Virus record (IMG/VR): IMGVR_UViG_2562617133_000007
Length of the DNA stretch: 30,411 nucleotides
Source: a virus
Taxonomy: Duplodnaviria > Heunggongvirae > Uroviricota > Caudoviricetes
Reading direction: 5' to 3' (one strand)
In this document: positions 1-8,622 of the stretch, piece by piece
How the letters are laid out: each line of letters starts with the position of its first letter
How positions within the stretch are numbered: the first letter of the stretch is position 1
Program-made: the position numbers and the translations under genes
The notes under the pieces: model-generated
Seen by the model: the letters and a program-made list of their open reading frames with translations, nothing else
Database searches by the model: none
Told to the model about the DNA's origin: nothing

Positions 1-1
1 T

Positions 2-2884
2 TCGGCGGCGTCATCGGCATCATCTGCGTCTGCTTCAAAAGATGAGGCGACCAGACAGGCGTCAGCAGCGAAGGGCAGTGCCACGACGGCATCCACGAAA
101 GCAACAGAGGCGGCAGGCAGTGCGACGGCAGCATCTCAGAGCAAAACTGCTGCTGAATCCGCTGCGACCCGTGCGGAAGCTGCTGCTGATCGTGCTGAAG
201 AGATTGCCGGTGCAGTTGCGATGGAAGACGCAAGCCTTACAACTAAAGGTGTTGTGAAACTTAGCAGTGCTGTCGACAGCACCAGTGAATCGCTGGCCGC
301 AACGCCAAAAGCAGTTAAAGCAGCCAATGACAATGCGAATAGCAGGGTGCCATCTAACCGAAAAGTTAACGGTAAAGCACTGACTGCGGATATCACATTA
401 ACGCCGAAAGATATTGGTACTTTAAATTCAGTAACGATGTCTTTCTCTGGCGGGGCAGGGTGGTTCAAACTGGCTACGGTTACCATGCCACAAGCGAGTT
501 CCATCGTTTACATCGCATTGATTGGTGGCGCTGGTTACAACGTCGGCTCCCCACATCAGGCAGGCATTTCAGAACTGGTTCTACGAGCAGGCAATGGAAA
601 CCCCAAAGGGATTACAGGTGCTTTGTGGAAGCGTACAGCTGTCGGATTAACGAATTTCGCCTGGATCAACACATCCGGCGATACATATGATATTTACGTT
701 GAGATTGGCAATTATGCGACTCGTGTAAATATCCATTGGGATTGTACTGCAAATGCGACAGTTTCTATTTATACCTCGCCAACATATTCAGCGAGTAAGC
801 CTTCCAGCGTTACCGATGGTGTTGTTTATACGATGTATAGCTCACATCAGAAACCTACACCATCAGATATTGGAGCACTGCCAACAACCGGAGGAACAGT
901 TTCAGGTCCGTTGTCTGTTACAGGTGGATTAACTGGTTCATTGAATGGTAATGCAAGTACAGCCACGAAATTGCAGACGGCAAGATCTATCGGTGGAGTT
1001 GTTTTCGACGGTTCTGCAAATATTAACCTTCCAGGTGTAAACACTACGGGTAATCAGAACACCACTGGTAATGCTGCAACTGCTACAAAACTTCAGACGG
1101 CAAGAACTATCGGCGGCGTGAGCTTTGATGGTACTGCGAATATTAATTTGCCAGGTGTTAATACGACTGGTAATCAGAATACAACGGGCAACGCGGCTAC
1201 TGCTACGAAGTTGCAGACTGCGCGTACTATCAATGGGGTGTCGTTTGACGGCTCGGCAAATATTTCCTTGTCGCCAGCAAATATAGGTTGCCCGGCATCT
1301 CCTACTGGTTGGTTAACTACAGGAAGTAATGGCGGAGCAATAACAACAGCACAGTTAGTGACGTTATTGCAAAATAATGGAGCATTTAACACAAAGTCAT
1401 GGATTGCTCGATGTGCGTGGGCCTATGCCAATAGTGCAACCATACCAAATAGTGAAACTGGTTGTGGCGTTATTCCATTAGCAGGAGCTGTTATAGAGGT
1501 ATTTAATAACGGTAGTAGCTCAAACAATTATACGATCCGTATAACAACGGCCACAACGGCGAGTGTCTCTGGTGCTCTCACTAATGCGGAGTTTATCTAT
1601 GTATTTAACGGGACGAGCTATTCACCAGGATGGCGCAGAGCGTATAACACTAAAAACAAGCCTACTGCGGCTGATGTCGGAGCTTTACCACTATCTGGAG
1701 GAGCGTTAACTGGCGGATTAACGTCTTCTGGTGAGATCGTTTCAAAATATGCAAATGGTTTCCGCATTGCTTACGGTAGCTTTGGGTTCTTTATCCGTAA
1801 TGATGGATCGAACACATATTTCATGCTAACAGCATCAGGAGACACATTAGGTTCATGGAACGGTTTGCGACCTATTACAATTAATAATACCAGCGGTGCT
1901 GTGTCCATTGGTAATGGACTAAATGTTACTGGTGGCGTAAATGGTAGTTTGAACGGTAATGCTTCAACAGCTACGAAGTTGCAAACTGCTAGAAAAATAA
2001 GCGGCGTGTCTTTTGATGGTTCTGCTGATATAACACTAACAGCTGCAAATGTATCTGCTTTTGCTCGACGCGCTACTGGAACTTATGCCGATGCTAGTGG
2101 TGCGGTCCCGTGGAATGCCGAATCAGGTGCGTATAATGTTACACGCTCCGGGGATTCTTATATCGTTGCAAATTTTTATATAGGCGTAGGTAGTTGTCGG
2201 ACTCTCCAAATCCGAGCGCATTATAAAAATGGTGGATTGTATTACCGTTCATCACGTGATGGCTATGGGTTCGAAGAGGACTGGACTCAGATATATACTA
2301 AAAAAGACAGCATTCCAGGTGTGAATGCAGATGGGAACCAGAACACTACTGGTAATGCCGCAACCGCCACAAAATTGCAGACAGCAAGGAAAATTGCTGG
2401 TGTGGCGTTTGATGGCTCTGCCGATATAACTTTGACTGCGGCTAACCTTAATGCTTACACGAAAACAGAGGTAACAAACCTTCTAAGTTCCTATGTGAAG
2501 AGCAGTGCTCTTCCAAGTATGACTGTGCGAACTTCCTCTGTTTCAGGTGGGGATATGGGCATGAGCTTGTCCGCATTCATTAGCCACCTAAAATCAAATG
2601 GGGCGTTTAGCAAAAGTTATTGGATTGGCTTTGGCGATGCTATGGGATTCAATGCTGGCAGTATCAACAATATAACGGGATTTGGTGCTGTAGAATTAGC
2701 AGAATCTATAATCGAAGTTTTTAATCTACCTAACGGTGATTATACAATTCGTTTAACGACGTCACACAAAGCTGACTATGGTGGGATTACAAACGCAATC
2801 CTCGTTTATCACTACCGTAGTAATAGAAGTCCGTCAGGTCAATGGCTGAAATTTGCAGGTACTGTTGGGGCAACAAGTAACTGA
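2..2884 (+). CDS. Tail fibre protein, 5'-truncated by the window edge
   Basis: Frame 2 is open from position 2 to the stop at 2884 with no stop before the Met at 221, so the gene begins upstream. N-terminal Ala/Ser/Thr/Lys-rich stretch typical of fibre shafts. Five copies of the motif NTTGNAATATKLQTAR.IGGV.FDGSA.I and DIGALP..GG..TG motifs, as in phage tail-fibre repeat families. Confidence 0.85.
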   Translation, partial: SAASSASSASASKDEATRQASAAKGSATTASTKATEAAGSATAASQSKTAAESAATRAEAAADRAEEIAGAVAMEDASLTTKGVVKLSSAVDSTSESLAATPKAVKAANDNANSRVPSNRKVNGKALTADITLTPKDIGTLNSVTMSFSGGAGWFKLATVTMPQASSIVYIALIGGAGYNVGSPHQAGISELVLRAGNGNPKGITGALWKRTAVGLTNFAWINTSGDTYDIYVEIGNYATRVNIHWDCTANATVSIYTSPTYSASKPSSVTDGVVYTMYSSHQKPTPSDIGALPTTGGTVSGPLSVTGGLTGSLNGNASTATKLQTARSIGGVVFDGSANINLPGVNTTGNQNTTGNAATATKLQTARTIGGVSFDGTANINLPGVNTTGNQNTTGNAATATKLQTARTINGVSFDGSANISLSPANIGCPASPTGWLTTGSNGGAITTAQLVTLLQNNGAFNTKSWIARCAWAYANSATIPNSETGCGVIPLAGAVIEVFNNGSSSNNYTIRITTATTASVSGALTNAEFIYVFNGTSYSPGWRRAYNTKNKPTAADVGALPLSGGALTGGLTSSGEIVSKYANGFRIAYGSFGFFIRNDGSNTYFMLTASGDTLGSWNGLRPITINNTSGAVSIGNGLNVTGGVNGSLNGNASTATKLQTARKISGVSFDGSADITLTAANVSAFARRATGTYADASGAVPWNAESGAYNVTRSGDSYIVANFYIGVGSCRTLQIRAHYKNGGLYYRSSRDGYGFEEDWTQIYTKKDSIPGVNADGNQNTTGNAATATKLQTARKIAGVAFDGSADITLTAANLNAYTKTEVTNLLSSYVKSSALPSMTVRTSSVSGGDMGMSLSAFISHLKSNGAFSKSYWIGFGDAMGFNAGSINNITGFGAVELAESIIEVFNLPNGDYTIRLTTSHKADYGGITNAILVYHYRSNRSPSGQWLKFAGTVGATSN
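941..1270 (+). repeat. Tandem in-frame ~120-bp repeat units inside the tail-fibre gene
   Basis: Units starting near 950, 1070 and 1190 each encode ...NASTATKLQTAR.IGGV.FDGSANINLPGVNTTGNQNTTG. Diverged extra copies near 1936-2040 and 2352-2450. Confidence 0.8.
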
Positions 2885-3087
2885 TTTAGACATTATTTAT
2901 ATGGCTGTGTGGTTTAAAAATGCGATTTCACAGCCGCAATCATAGGGATATATTAGTGAGTTACTAGATGCGAATATGAACAACCGTTAAACGGTATATG
3001 TATAGGTAGGTAAGTATATACCTACAATTAAAAGGAGAAGTGTGATATAAATCCGCCATCCCGATTTGACTTTTCACGGAGGAAAAC

Positions 3088-3411
3088 ATGTCGAACGAGA
3101 TGGCGGGCGTTACAACAGAGCAAGTTGAGCGTATTGCCGCGATCGTTGCTCGGGAGGTTGTTGGCAAATTAGGCAAAGAGCTACGTGAAGAAATTGGCCA
3201 GGAGGTCAATGATCAGCTGAAAACCTACTTTGGTGATATGACCCCGGCGCAACATAGTATTCAACACTCCAACCTGGACAAGCTCCTTAACCGGTTAGAT
3301 TCCATCTCCAGTGGGTTCTTTGGCGGCATTGTTTCTAAAATAACGTCGTTCATTATTACTGCACTGCTTTTGGGGTTAGCCGCGTATGGCGTAAAAAATG
3401 GACTGCAATAA
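3088..3411 (+). CDS. Hypothetical protein with a single C-terminal TM helix; possible holin or lysis-associated protein
   Basis: 107-aa ORF; hydrophobic segment ITSFIITALLLGLAAYGV near the C-terminus; AGGAG-type RBS (GGAGGAAAAC) before the ATG; first gene of a cluster that ends in an Rz/Rz1-like pair. Function is from context only. Confidence 0.45.
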   Translation: MSNEMAGVTTEQVERIAAIVAREVVGKLGKELREEIGQEVNDQLKTYFGDMTPAQHSIQHSNLDKLLNRLDSISSGFFGGIVSKITSFIITALLLGLAAYGVKNGLQ

Positions 3412-3424
3412 CAGGAGATCAAGG

Positions 3425-4117
3425 ATGAAGACTCCGAGAGGCATTCGTAATAATAACCCCGGTAATCTTGATAAAGGATCACCGTGGCAAGGTCTGGTTG
3501 CGAATCCAGACGAACCGCGCTTTTGCACGTTTAAAGACCCTGTTTGGGGGATTCGTGCGCTGGCGGTGACTCTAATTACCTACCACGATAAACGTCGCGC
3601 AAAAGACGGCACAAGTATCGATACCATTCGTGAAGTTATTGAACGCTGGGCACCGCCGAATGAAAACAATACTGACGCCTACATTAATGAGGTGTCTAAA
3701 GCCGTTGGTGTAACCGCAGACATGATCATCGATCTGCATGATTACGACATCCTTCGACCTTTGGTTGAGGCAATCATTCGCCACGAGAATGGCCGAGGCC
3801 CGCTAAAAACGCTGAACACCTGGTATGCGGCAGAAGTTATTGAGGAAGGTCTGCGTCGAGCTGGCGTTGTTAAGCCGGTGAAAACCGTGAAGGCTGTTCC
3901 TGTAACTAAAGAAACCGCAGGCGCAACTGTTACAGCAGGTATTGGTCTGGCGCAGCTGGCCGATGTTATGCCGCAGGTTTCCGCTGCTATGGATAAAGCA
4001 CAAGGTCATATCTCTAGCGGGGATACAGTACGCATCATCTTCGGTATTGCCACTATTGTTGTGGCAGGATTCATTGCCTGGTCGCAGGTAAGAAAACACC
4101 AGAAAGGGATGGTCTAA
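3425..4117 (+). CDS. Hypothetical protein (RNNNPGNL motif) with C-terminal membrane anchor; possible cell-wall hydrolase by position only
   Basis: Start moved to the ATG at 3425, which has an AGGAG RBS 7 nt upstream; the longer track ORF starts at 3398. About 140-aa globular N-domain, basic/Val/Lys linker, then TM segment IIFGIATIVVAGFIAW. Lies between the holin-like gene and the spanin-like genes. Confidence 0.5.
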   Translation: MKTPRGIRNNNPGNLDKGSPWQGLVANPDEPRFCTFKDPVWGIRALAVTLITYHDKRRAKDGTSIDTIREVIERWAPPNENNTDAYINEVSKAVGVTADMIIDLHDYDILRPLVEAIIRHENGRGPLKTLNTWYAAEVIEEGLRRAGVVKPVKTVKAVPVTKETAGATVTAGIGLAQLADVMPQVSAAMDKAQGHISSGDTVRIIFGIATIVVAGFIAWSQVRKHQKGMV

Positions 4118-4118
4118 T

Positions 4119-4370
4119 ATGCTAGGCAGCCTGATGACAAAGCTAAAAGTTGCTTTGATTACGCTGGCTGCCGTTCTTTTCGTTCTTGTCGGCGCTTACA
4201 CGATGGGCGGGAATGCGGCGCGACGAGCAATGGAAGAGAAGGCAAAACAGGAAGACAGAAAACGACTTCAAAACACAGTGAAAGTGGTGAATGAGACGAG
4301 CAGTAAAATACGTCAGAAAGATGCTTCTGCCGTTCATCGTGAGTTGTATGATAAGTGGGTGCGTCATTAA
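4119..4370 (+). CDS. Rz-like inner-membrane spanin candidate
   Basis: 83 aa with N-terminal TM helix (LKVALITLAAVLFVLVGAY) followed by a charged, coiled-coil-like region. Its 3' end overlaps a lipoprotein ORF in another frame. Confidence 0.5.
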   Translation: MLGSLMTKLKVALITLAAVLFVLVGAYTMGGNAARRAMEEKAKQEDRKRLQNTVKVVNETSSKIRQKDASAVHRELYDKWVRH

Positions 4371-4506
4371 ACCACAAACAGCCAGCGTGTTGTTCTGCGA
4401 TGGGGCTGAGCCTATCTATATCAGCAATAATGATGTAATGACTGAAGAAACCGAACGCCAAATCCTTTTTCACAATACGATGGGAGAGAGGGTTTGTGGT
4501 TGGTGA
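4291..4506 (+). CDS. Rz1-like outer-membrane lipoprotein spanin candidate
   Basis: Signal peptide with basic n-region and lipobox ISGC (MRRAVKYVRKMLLPFIVSCMISGC); short Cys-containing mature part. Begins inside the 3' end of the Rz-like ORF in the +1 frame, the classic overlapped spanin arrangement. Confidence 0.45.
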   Translation: MRRAVKYVRKMLLPFIVSCMISGCVIKPQTASVLFCDGAEPIYISNNDVMTEETERQILFHNTMGERVCGW

Positions 4507-4513
4507 TGTCGAA

Positions 4514-4535
4514 GTTCCCCTCAAATGAGGGGAAC
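4514..4535. terminator. Hairpin between convergent genes; possible bidirectional terminator
   Basis: GTTCCCCTCA / TGAGGGGAAC perfect inverted repeat between the + strand spanin genes and the - strand GNAT gene. Confidence 0.45.
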
Positions 4536-4538
4536 ACA

Positions 4539-5060
4539 TTATTCTTCGAACAATTTTTCGATAGATTTTGTAGGATAGAACAAAGAACGCTCGTTGTTAC
4601 CAACCAGCTGGATAAAGCCTAAACTTTTATAAAACGCCTTGGCTTTGTCATTTAACGCCTCAACGAAAAGTCCATGAATGCCTACAGCAAGAGATGCATT
4701 GTACACAACGCGCATTGCATGTGTTACAAGCATTGAGCCAAATCCTTGACCTTGAAGGGACTTGTCCAAAGCCAGCCTACCCAAAGTAACACTTGGAACA
4801 TTCCGATAAGGAACCTTCTTTTGTTTGCTTCTTGAAGGTAAGGACTCCTTTTCAAAACAACTACCTGACAAAGTGTAATATCCTAACACTTTTGGCCTTT
4901 CTTCTTGAGTGCAAAGCACATAAGCACGAAGAATTTTTCCCTCATGCTGCCTTTTTAAGTGGTTGGCTAAAAAGGCGTTTAGTGACTCTTCGCCGCAATC
5001 AAAACCGTTTAGATCATAATCTTTCTCTCCAGAGAAAATCTCTATCGTTGTATTGCTCAC
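4539..5060 (-). CDS. GNAT-family acetyltransferase toxin (TacT/AtaT/KacT-type)
   Basis: 173 aa with GNAT acetyl-CoA-binding signature (QGQGFGSML ... AKAFYKSLGF). Lies immediately downstream of, and co-oriented with, a DUF1778-like antitoxin ORF. Apparent GTG start. Confidence 0.8.
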   Translation of the reverse strand: MSNTTIEIFSGEKDYDLNGFDCGEESLNAFLANHLKRQHEGKILRAYVLCTQEERPKVLGYYTLSGSCFEKESLPSRSKQKKVPYRNVPSVTLGRLALDKSLQGQGFGSMLVTHAMRVVYNASLAVGIHGLFVEALNDKAKAFYKSLGFIQLVGNNERSLFYPTKSIEKLFEE

Positions 5061-5067
5061 GAGTAAA

Positions 5068-5338
5068 CTACTCCATGCTTTTCAGACGATCAGCAGCTCG
5101 TTTCAGCTTGTCGTTCGGTGCCGGAGGATTGCTTATAGCGTCCATAACCAGATTCCAGGATTCTTCATTCAGAACTAGTCTACGGTGTTGCTCTATAACT
5201 TTCACGGCACGTTCAGATGCACTGCTAACCATAAACTGAGTAATGCTCTGGTTAGACATTGCGGCAGCTTCCTCGATGATGCTTTTATCGTCATCGGTTA
5301 ATCTCAAATCGATGCGCTGCTTTTTTAGTGCTGACATG
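5068..5338 (-). CDS. DUF1778/RHH-type antitoxin partnered with the GNAT toxin
   Basis: Start taken as ATG at 5338 (MSALKKQRIDLRLTDDDKS...) because AGGAGG sits 7 nt upstream on the minus strand. The longer 102-aa track ORF (start 5376) is less likely. Confidence 0.75.
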
Positions 5339-5347
5339 TATTCCTCC

Positions 5348-5375
5348 TGATGGCCGTGATGTAGGAAGGCCATCA
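5348..5375. promoter_or_regulatory. Inverted repeat just upstream of the antitoxin start; candidate TA operator
   Basis: TGATGGCC-N12-GGCCATCA (8-bp perfect arms) directly 5' of the antitoxin RBS on the minus strand. Confidence 0.35.
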
Positions 5376-5655
5376 ATCTCCTCTGTTCAAACTGAGTTTT
5401 CGACTCAAAAATTACTTTAAAAGGCTATAGCCCATTACGTGTGCATTATCAAATTGTGTACGGCATATCACCGTACTTGTAATATAGAGGTCATTGTTAC
5501 TTTTTTCAACAGACAAATACAAGCTATGATTGCCAATTGTTAACCACAACCTACCATTTAACCTTTACACCGTAGCCGTAGGCATTTAGGCTATATCACA
5601 TATAAGAAAACAAGTTGTTTCAGACGATAATAATAGACGCAAAGGGAACTCTCCA

Positions 5656-6324
5656 ATGACCAAGATCTTTGTGGTTGGCGGCACAAAGGGCGGGCCTGGC
5701 AAATCCACCGTTGCCCAGCAAATTGCCGTTTGCCTGAAAGTCAAAAAGAAGAAGAAGGTTTATATCACTGATATAGATATTCAGCGCACGACAACAAGCT
5801 GGTGTGAAGACCGTCGACAGAACGAAGACCTTGAGCTGATTCCTTTTGCATACGTTCAGGATGACATCATTAAGCACCTAAAATCGCTTCAGGGTAGAGC
5901 TGAGTTTGTAGTGGTAGATGCTGGTGGCTTTGACTCCGAAATTCAGCGACAAGCGATGCTGATGGCCGACGTTATCATTATCCCGCTTCGTCCTAAGCGT
6001 CGTGATTTGAAATCTCTGCGTGACATCGATCCTATTATCGACAATGTTCGTAATGTAAACGATAAAGTGAAGGTCCGCGCGGTCATGAACCAGTGCCCGG
6101 CTTTGCCATCACAAGTGTCTCGCATTCTGGCGGCTAAAGAGATTGTTGAGACGTTTGGCATCGAGTCTGCGCCAGTCAATCTATATAACCGCAACGTCTA
6201 TGATGATGCGGAAGAGTCTGGTCGTTCTATCTTTGAAATGACCGGTAGCGAGCGCGACAAAAAGGCGGAAGCCGAGTTTGAAGAATTTGTAGATTATCTG
6301 TTGAGTCTGGAGGAAGAAGAATAA
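5656..6324 (+). CDS. parA: ParA-family partition ATPase
   Basis: Deviant Walker A VVGGTKGGPGKST near the N-terminus; 222 aa; AAGGGA RBS; stop overlaps the start of the downstream small basic protein gene. Confidence 0.85.
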   Translation: MTKIFVVGGTKGGPGKSTVAQQIAVCLKVKKKKKVYITDIDIQRTTTSWCEDRRQNEDLELIPFAYVQDDIIKHLKSLQGRAEFVVVDAGGFDSEIQRQAMLMADVIIIPLRPKRRDLKSLRDIDPIIDNVRNVNDKVKVRAVMNQCPALPSQVSRILAAKEIVETFGIESAPVNLYNRNVYDDAEESGRSIFEMTGSERDKKAEAEFEEFVDYLLSLEEEE

Positions 6325-6683
6325 TGTCCATGAAAATGGGTGACCTAGCAAAGCGCAAAGAGCCTGATGCACCGGCTAAGAACACAACTCCTTTGCGCCA
6401 ACCAGTCAGACCACAGGGACGCCCGACTCGTGGCAAAGAGAAAATTAAAAGCCGCACAATGTCACTGGAGGACGAATACTTCGAACTGCTGGAGATGATG
6501 AAGTTCATCCCTCGCTTCGAGAAGTTCACTCGTTCTGACGTGATTCGTGCTGCTATTTTCCATCTTGCGGAGAAGACACCGCAGGAAATCGAGGACATCG
6601 TGAAACTTAACGAGGCGATCACAGCTGCCGATGTCACGATGCGTACCGATGAAATTAAACGCGAGTTGATGAAGAAAGGGTGA
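6324..6683 (+). CDS. Small centromere-binding partition protein (ParB/ParG-like)
   Basis: 119 aa; basic Pro/Arg/Lys-rich N-terminal tail; start overlaps the parA stop (TAATG). Confidence 0.55.
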   Translation: MSMKMGDLAKRKEPDAPAKNTTPLRQPVRPQGRPTRGKEKIKSRTMSLEDEYFELLEMMKFIPRFEKFTRSDVIRAAIFHLAEKTPQEIEDIVKLNEAITAADVTMRTDEIKRELMKKG

Positions 6684-6685
6684 TT

Positions 6686-6712
6686 ATATTGGGCGTTTGT
6701 TACGCCCAATAT
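6686..6712. repeat. Perfect 11-bp-stem hairpin just after the parB-like stop
   Basis: ATATTGGGCGT-TTGTT-ACGCCCAATAT; no T-run follows. Confidence 0.5.
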
Positions 6713-6734
6713 ATGAGTTGAAGGATAGACACCA

Positions 6735-8441
6735 ATGGAATCGATAGAAGTATTTTTAAAAAATTTTTTGGACTCAGATCATCGGGTTGCTGTCATAAAA
6801 GGAAATTGGGGAGTAGGTAAAACGCATTATTGGAATAGCTTTTATACTAAACATTCTAAAAAATTAGATTTTAATGCATATTCATATGTTTCTTTGTTTG
6901 GAATAAATTCTATTGGAGACATTAAAAAAGCTCTTTATCATTGTGCCACACCAATTAATGAAAAGAAATATAAAGAACTGATTTTATCTGAAACGGATCG
7001 AACTATGATTCGTTATAGAAATGGGTTTTGGGGATGGTTGAAATACAACTCCTTGTCAAAATTTTTAATACATTTTGGAAAGAACGATTTTTTTGGGTTC
7101 AAAACTGATAATCTGCTGTCATCTCTTGAGTATAAATTTGTTAATAATTATTTGGTTTGCATTGATGATATTGAACGAAAAGGTAGTGCGCTAGAAATTA
7201 AAGAGATTATGGGGGTAATTGATGAGTTGGCAAGAAGAAAAAATTGCAAGGTTGTTCTAATATTAAATGAAGATAACTTACATGAAGAAACTGCACAACA
7301 ACAGTTTTTAGAGTATAGAGAAAAAATAATTGATGTGGAAATAAAATACGATCCCACGCCTGAGAAAAACTTAAGAAAAGTTTTTTATGAGACTGACCCT
7401 GATTTTCTTTTGTTAAAAAACCTAGCAAATGATTTAAACATCAAAAACATTAGAATATTAAATAAAATAAAATCATCTCTAGTTATATTTAGAGATGTGC
7501 TAAAGTTAGCAGAGGATAAGGTTAGAGAAAGTTTTATTAATAGATTGGTCTTATTTTCAGTGGTTTACTATTTTGGTGTTCCTAGCGTTGATTATGCTTC
7601 ATTTAAGGAGTCAATCAAAAATATACATGCATTCGACTATATGTTAGATGATAAAGATGAAAAGGAAGAAGTTAACTCTGTATATTCATTTGTTAATAGC
7701 CTTGATATTATTTATGAACGAGCAGAAAGTGCTTTCGATGATGATATAGATTTTTACCTTAAGAACGGTTATGTGTCTTCTGAAAGCAATATTCTAAATA
7801 TAATAAAAGAAAAAAATGAACAATATAGAGATAATAGGGTTTTATGTGAGGTTTATAAAATTTGGGATGTTTTTAGAAACTCTTTTAAAGATAATGAATC
7901 AGAGTTTATTTTTCAAATTGAGCGCGTAATTAACGATAGTCTGTTGCGTATACCAATTGGACAGTTCGTAGGTTTAATAAATGTCCTAATCAAATTGGAT
8001 AGAGATTGTAATAATATTATAGAGGCATATGCAGATGCTTTTGTTAATAAAGACAATGCGTATGCTACATTTAATTCTTTGCGAGTAGAGATCTTCGGAA
8101 ATGAAGAATTAGGTTTCAGAATTGAAAAAAAATTGAAAGATAGAAATCCAGATGACTATAACTTAGATAAAATTATAAAAAAAATAGCTGGTGGAAGATT
8201 TAACCATAGTGATGTGAATATTCTTAACAGTTTTTCTAAAGATGATTACGTAAACTGGATATTATCCTGTGATCAGGATGCTTTGAATTTAGTAGAAGAG
8301 ACTATGCTCAAGTTCAAGGGTATGCAACACCCGACAGACGAACAGAAGAGCATCACTGATAAAGCAATAGAAGCTTTGGAGGAAGTTGCTTCAAAATCAA
8401 CACTTAATAAGCTGCGTGTTAATAAAATACTCAATCATTAA
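6735..8441 (+). CDS. KAP-type P-loop NTPase-like protein (AT-rich cargo gene)
   Basis: 568 aa. Walker A GNWGVGKT at residues ~23-30 and Walker B-like LVCIDDIER about 115 aa downstream. Hand-sampled GC roughly 20-40% versus ~55% in the adjacent parB-like gene. Confidence 0.75.
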   Translation: MESIEVFLKNFLDSDHRVAVIKGNWGVGKTHYWNSFYTKHSKKLDFNAYSYVSLFGINSIGDIKKALYHCATPINEKKYKELILSETDRTMIRYRNGFWGWLKYNSLSKFLIHFGKNDFFGFKTDNLLSSLEYKFVNNYLVCIDDIERKGSALEIKEIMGVIDELARRKNCKVVLILNEDNLHEETAQQQFLEYREKIIDVEIKYDPTPEKNLRKVFYETDPDFLLLKNLANDLNIKNIRILNKIKSSLVIFRDVLKLAEDKVRESFINRLVLFSVVYYFGVPSVDYASFKESIKNIHAFDYMLDDKDEKEEVNSVYSFVNSLDIIYERAESAFDDDIDFYLKNGYVSSESNILNIIKEKNEQYRDNRVLCEVYKIWDVFRNSFKDNESEFIFQIERVINDSLLRIPIGQFVGLINVLIKLDRDCNNIIEAYADAFVNKDNAYATFNSLRVEIFGNEELGFRIEKKLKDRNPDDYNLDKIIKKIAGGRFNHSDVNILNSFSKDDYVNWILSCDQDALNLVEETMLKFKGMQHPTDEQKSITDKAIEALEEVASKSTLNKLRVNKILNH

Positions 8442-8449
8442 TAGATTAT

Positions 8450-8512
8450 GACCTGCTTCCGTATGTATTTAATAAGTTACTTATTATTTGTATATACAGA
8501 AGCAGGTCTTTT
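8450..8512 (+). terminator. Rho-independent terminator candidate after the KAP-like gene
   Basis: GACCTGCTTC ... GAAGCAGGTC perfect 10-bp stem around an AT-rich loop, followed by TTTT. Confidence 0.55.
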
Positions 8513-8622
8513 AAAGACACCCACCAGAACAAGTCCCTTCCGTTTCCACTTCCAAAAACTGCCACCAGTCGCTATCATCCGCTCATTGTGATAAGTAAGT
8601 AACTACCTACCAGGTGAGCCAC

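Noticed and set aside
42-504. ORFs 42-257 (+) and 136-504 (-) in the six-frame track
   Set aside because: Both lie inside the tail-fibre reading frame, which is open from the window edge. Their translations are Arg/Gln-rich or low-complexity, as expected for off-frame or antisense reading of an Ala/Ser-rich gene.
941-1270. Possible CRISPR array suggested by regular repeats
   Set aside because: The repeats are 120 bp, contiguous with no spacers, in frame, and encode a conserved tail-fibre motif. No CRISPR-like repeat-spacer arrangement is seen anywhere in the window.
4793-5239. 148-aa ORF on the plus strand
   Set aside because: Antisense to the GNAT toxin and antitoxin genes, which have RBSs and recognisable motifs; most likely a shadow ORF.
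5339-5376. Longer antitoxin start (102-aa track ORF)
   Set aside because: The internal ATG at 5338 has a perfect AGGAGG 7 nt upstream, and the extension (MMAFLHHGHQEEY) overlaps the operator-like inverted repeat.
6227-6709. 160-aa minus-strand ORF
   Set aside because: Antisense to the parB-like gene and parA 3' end, with no RBS and a low-complexity translation.
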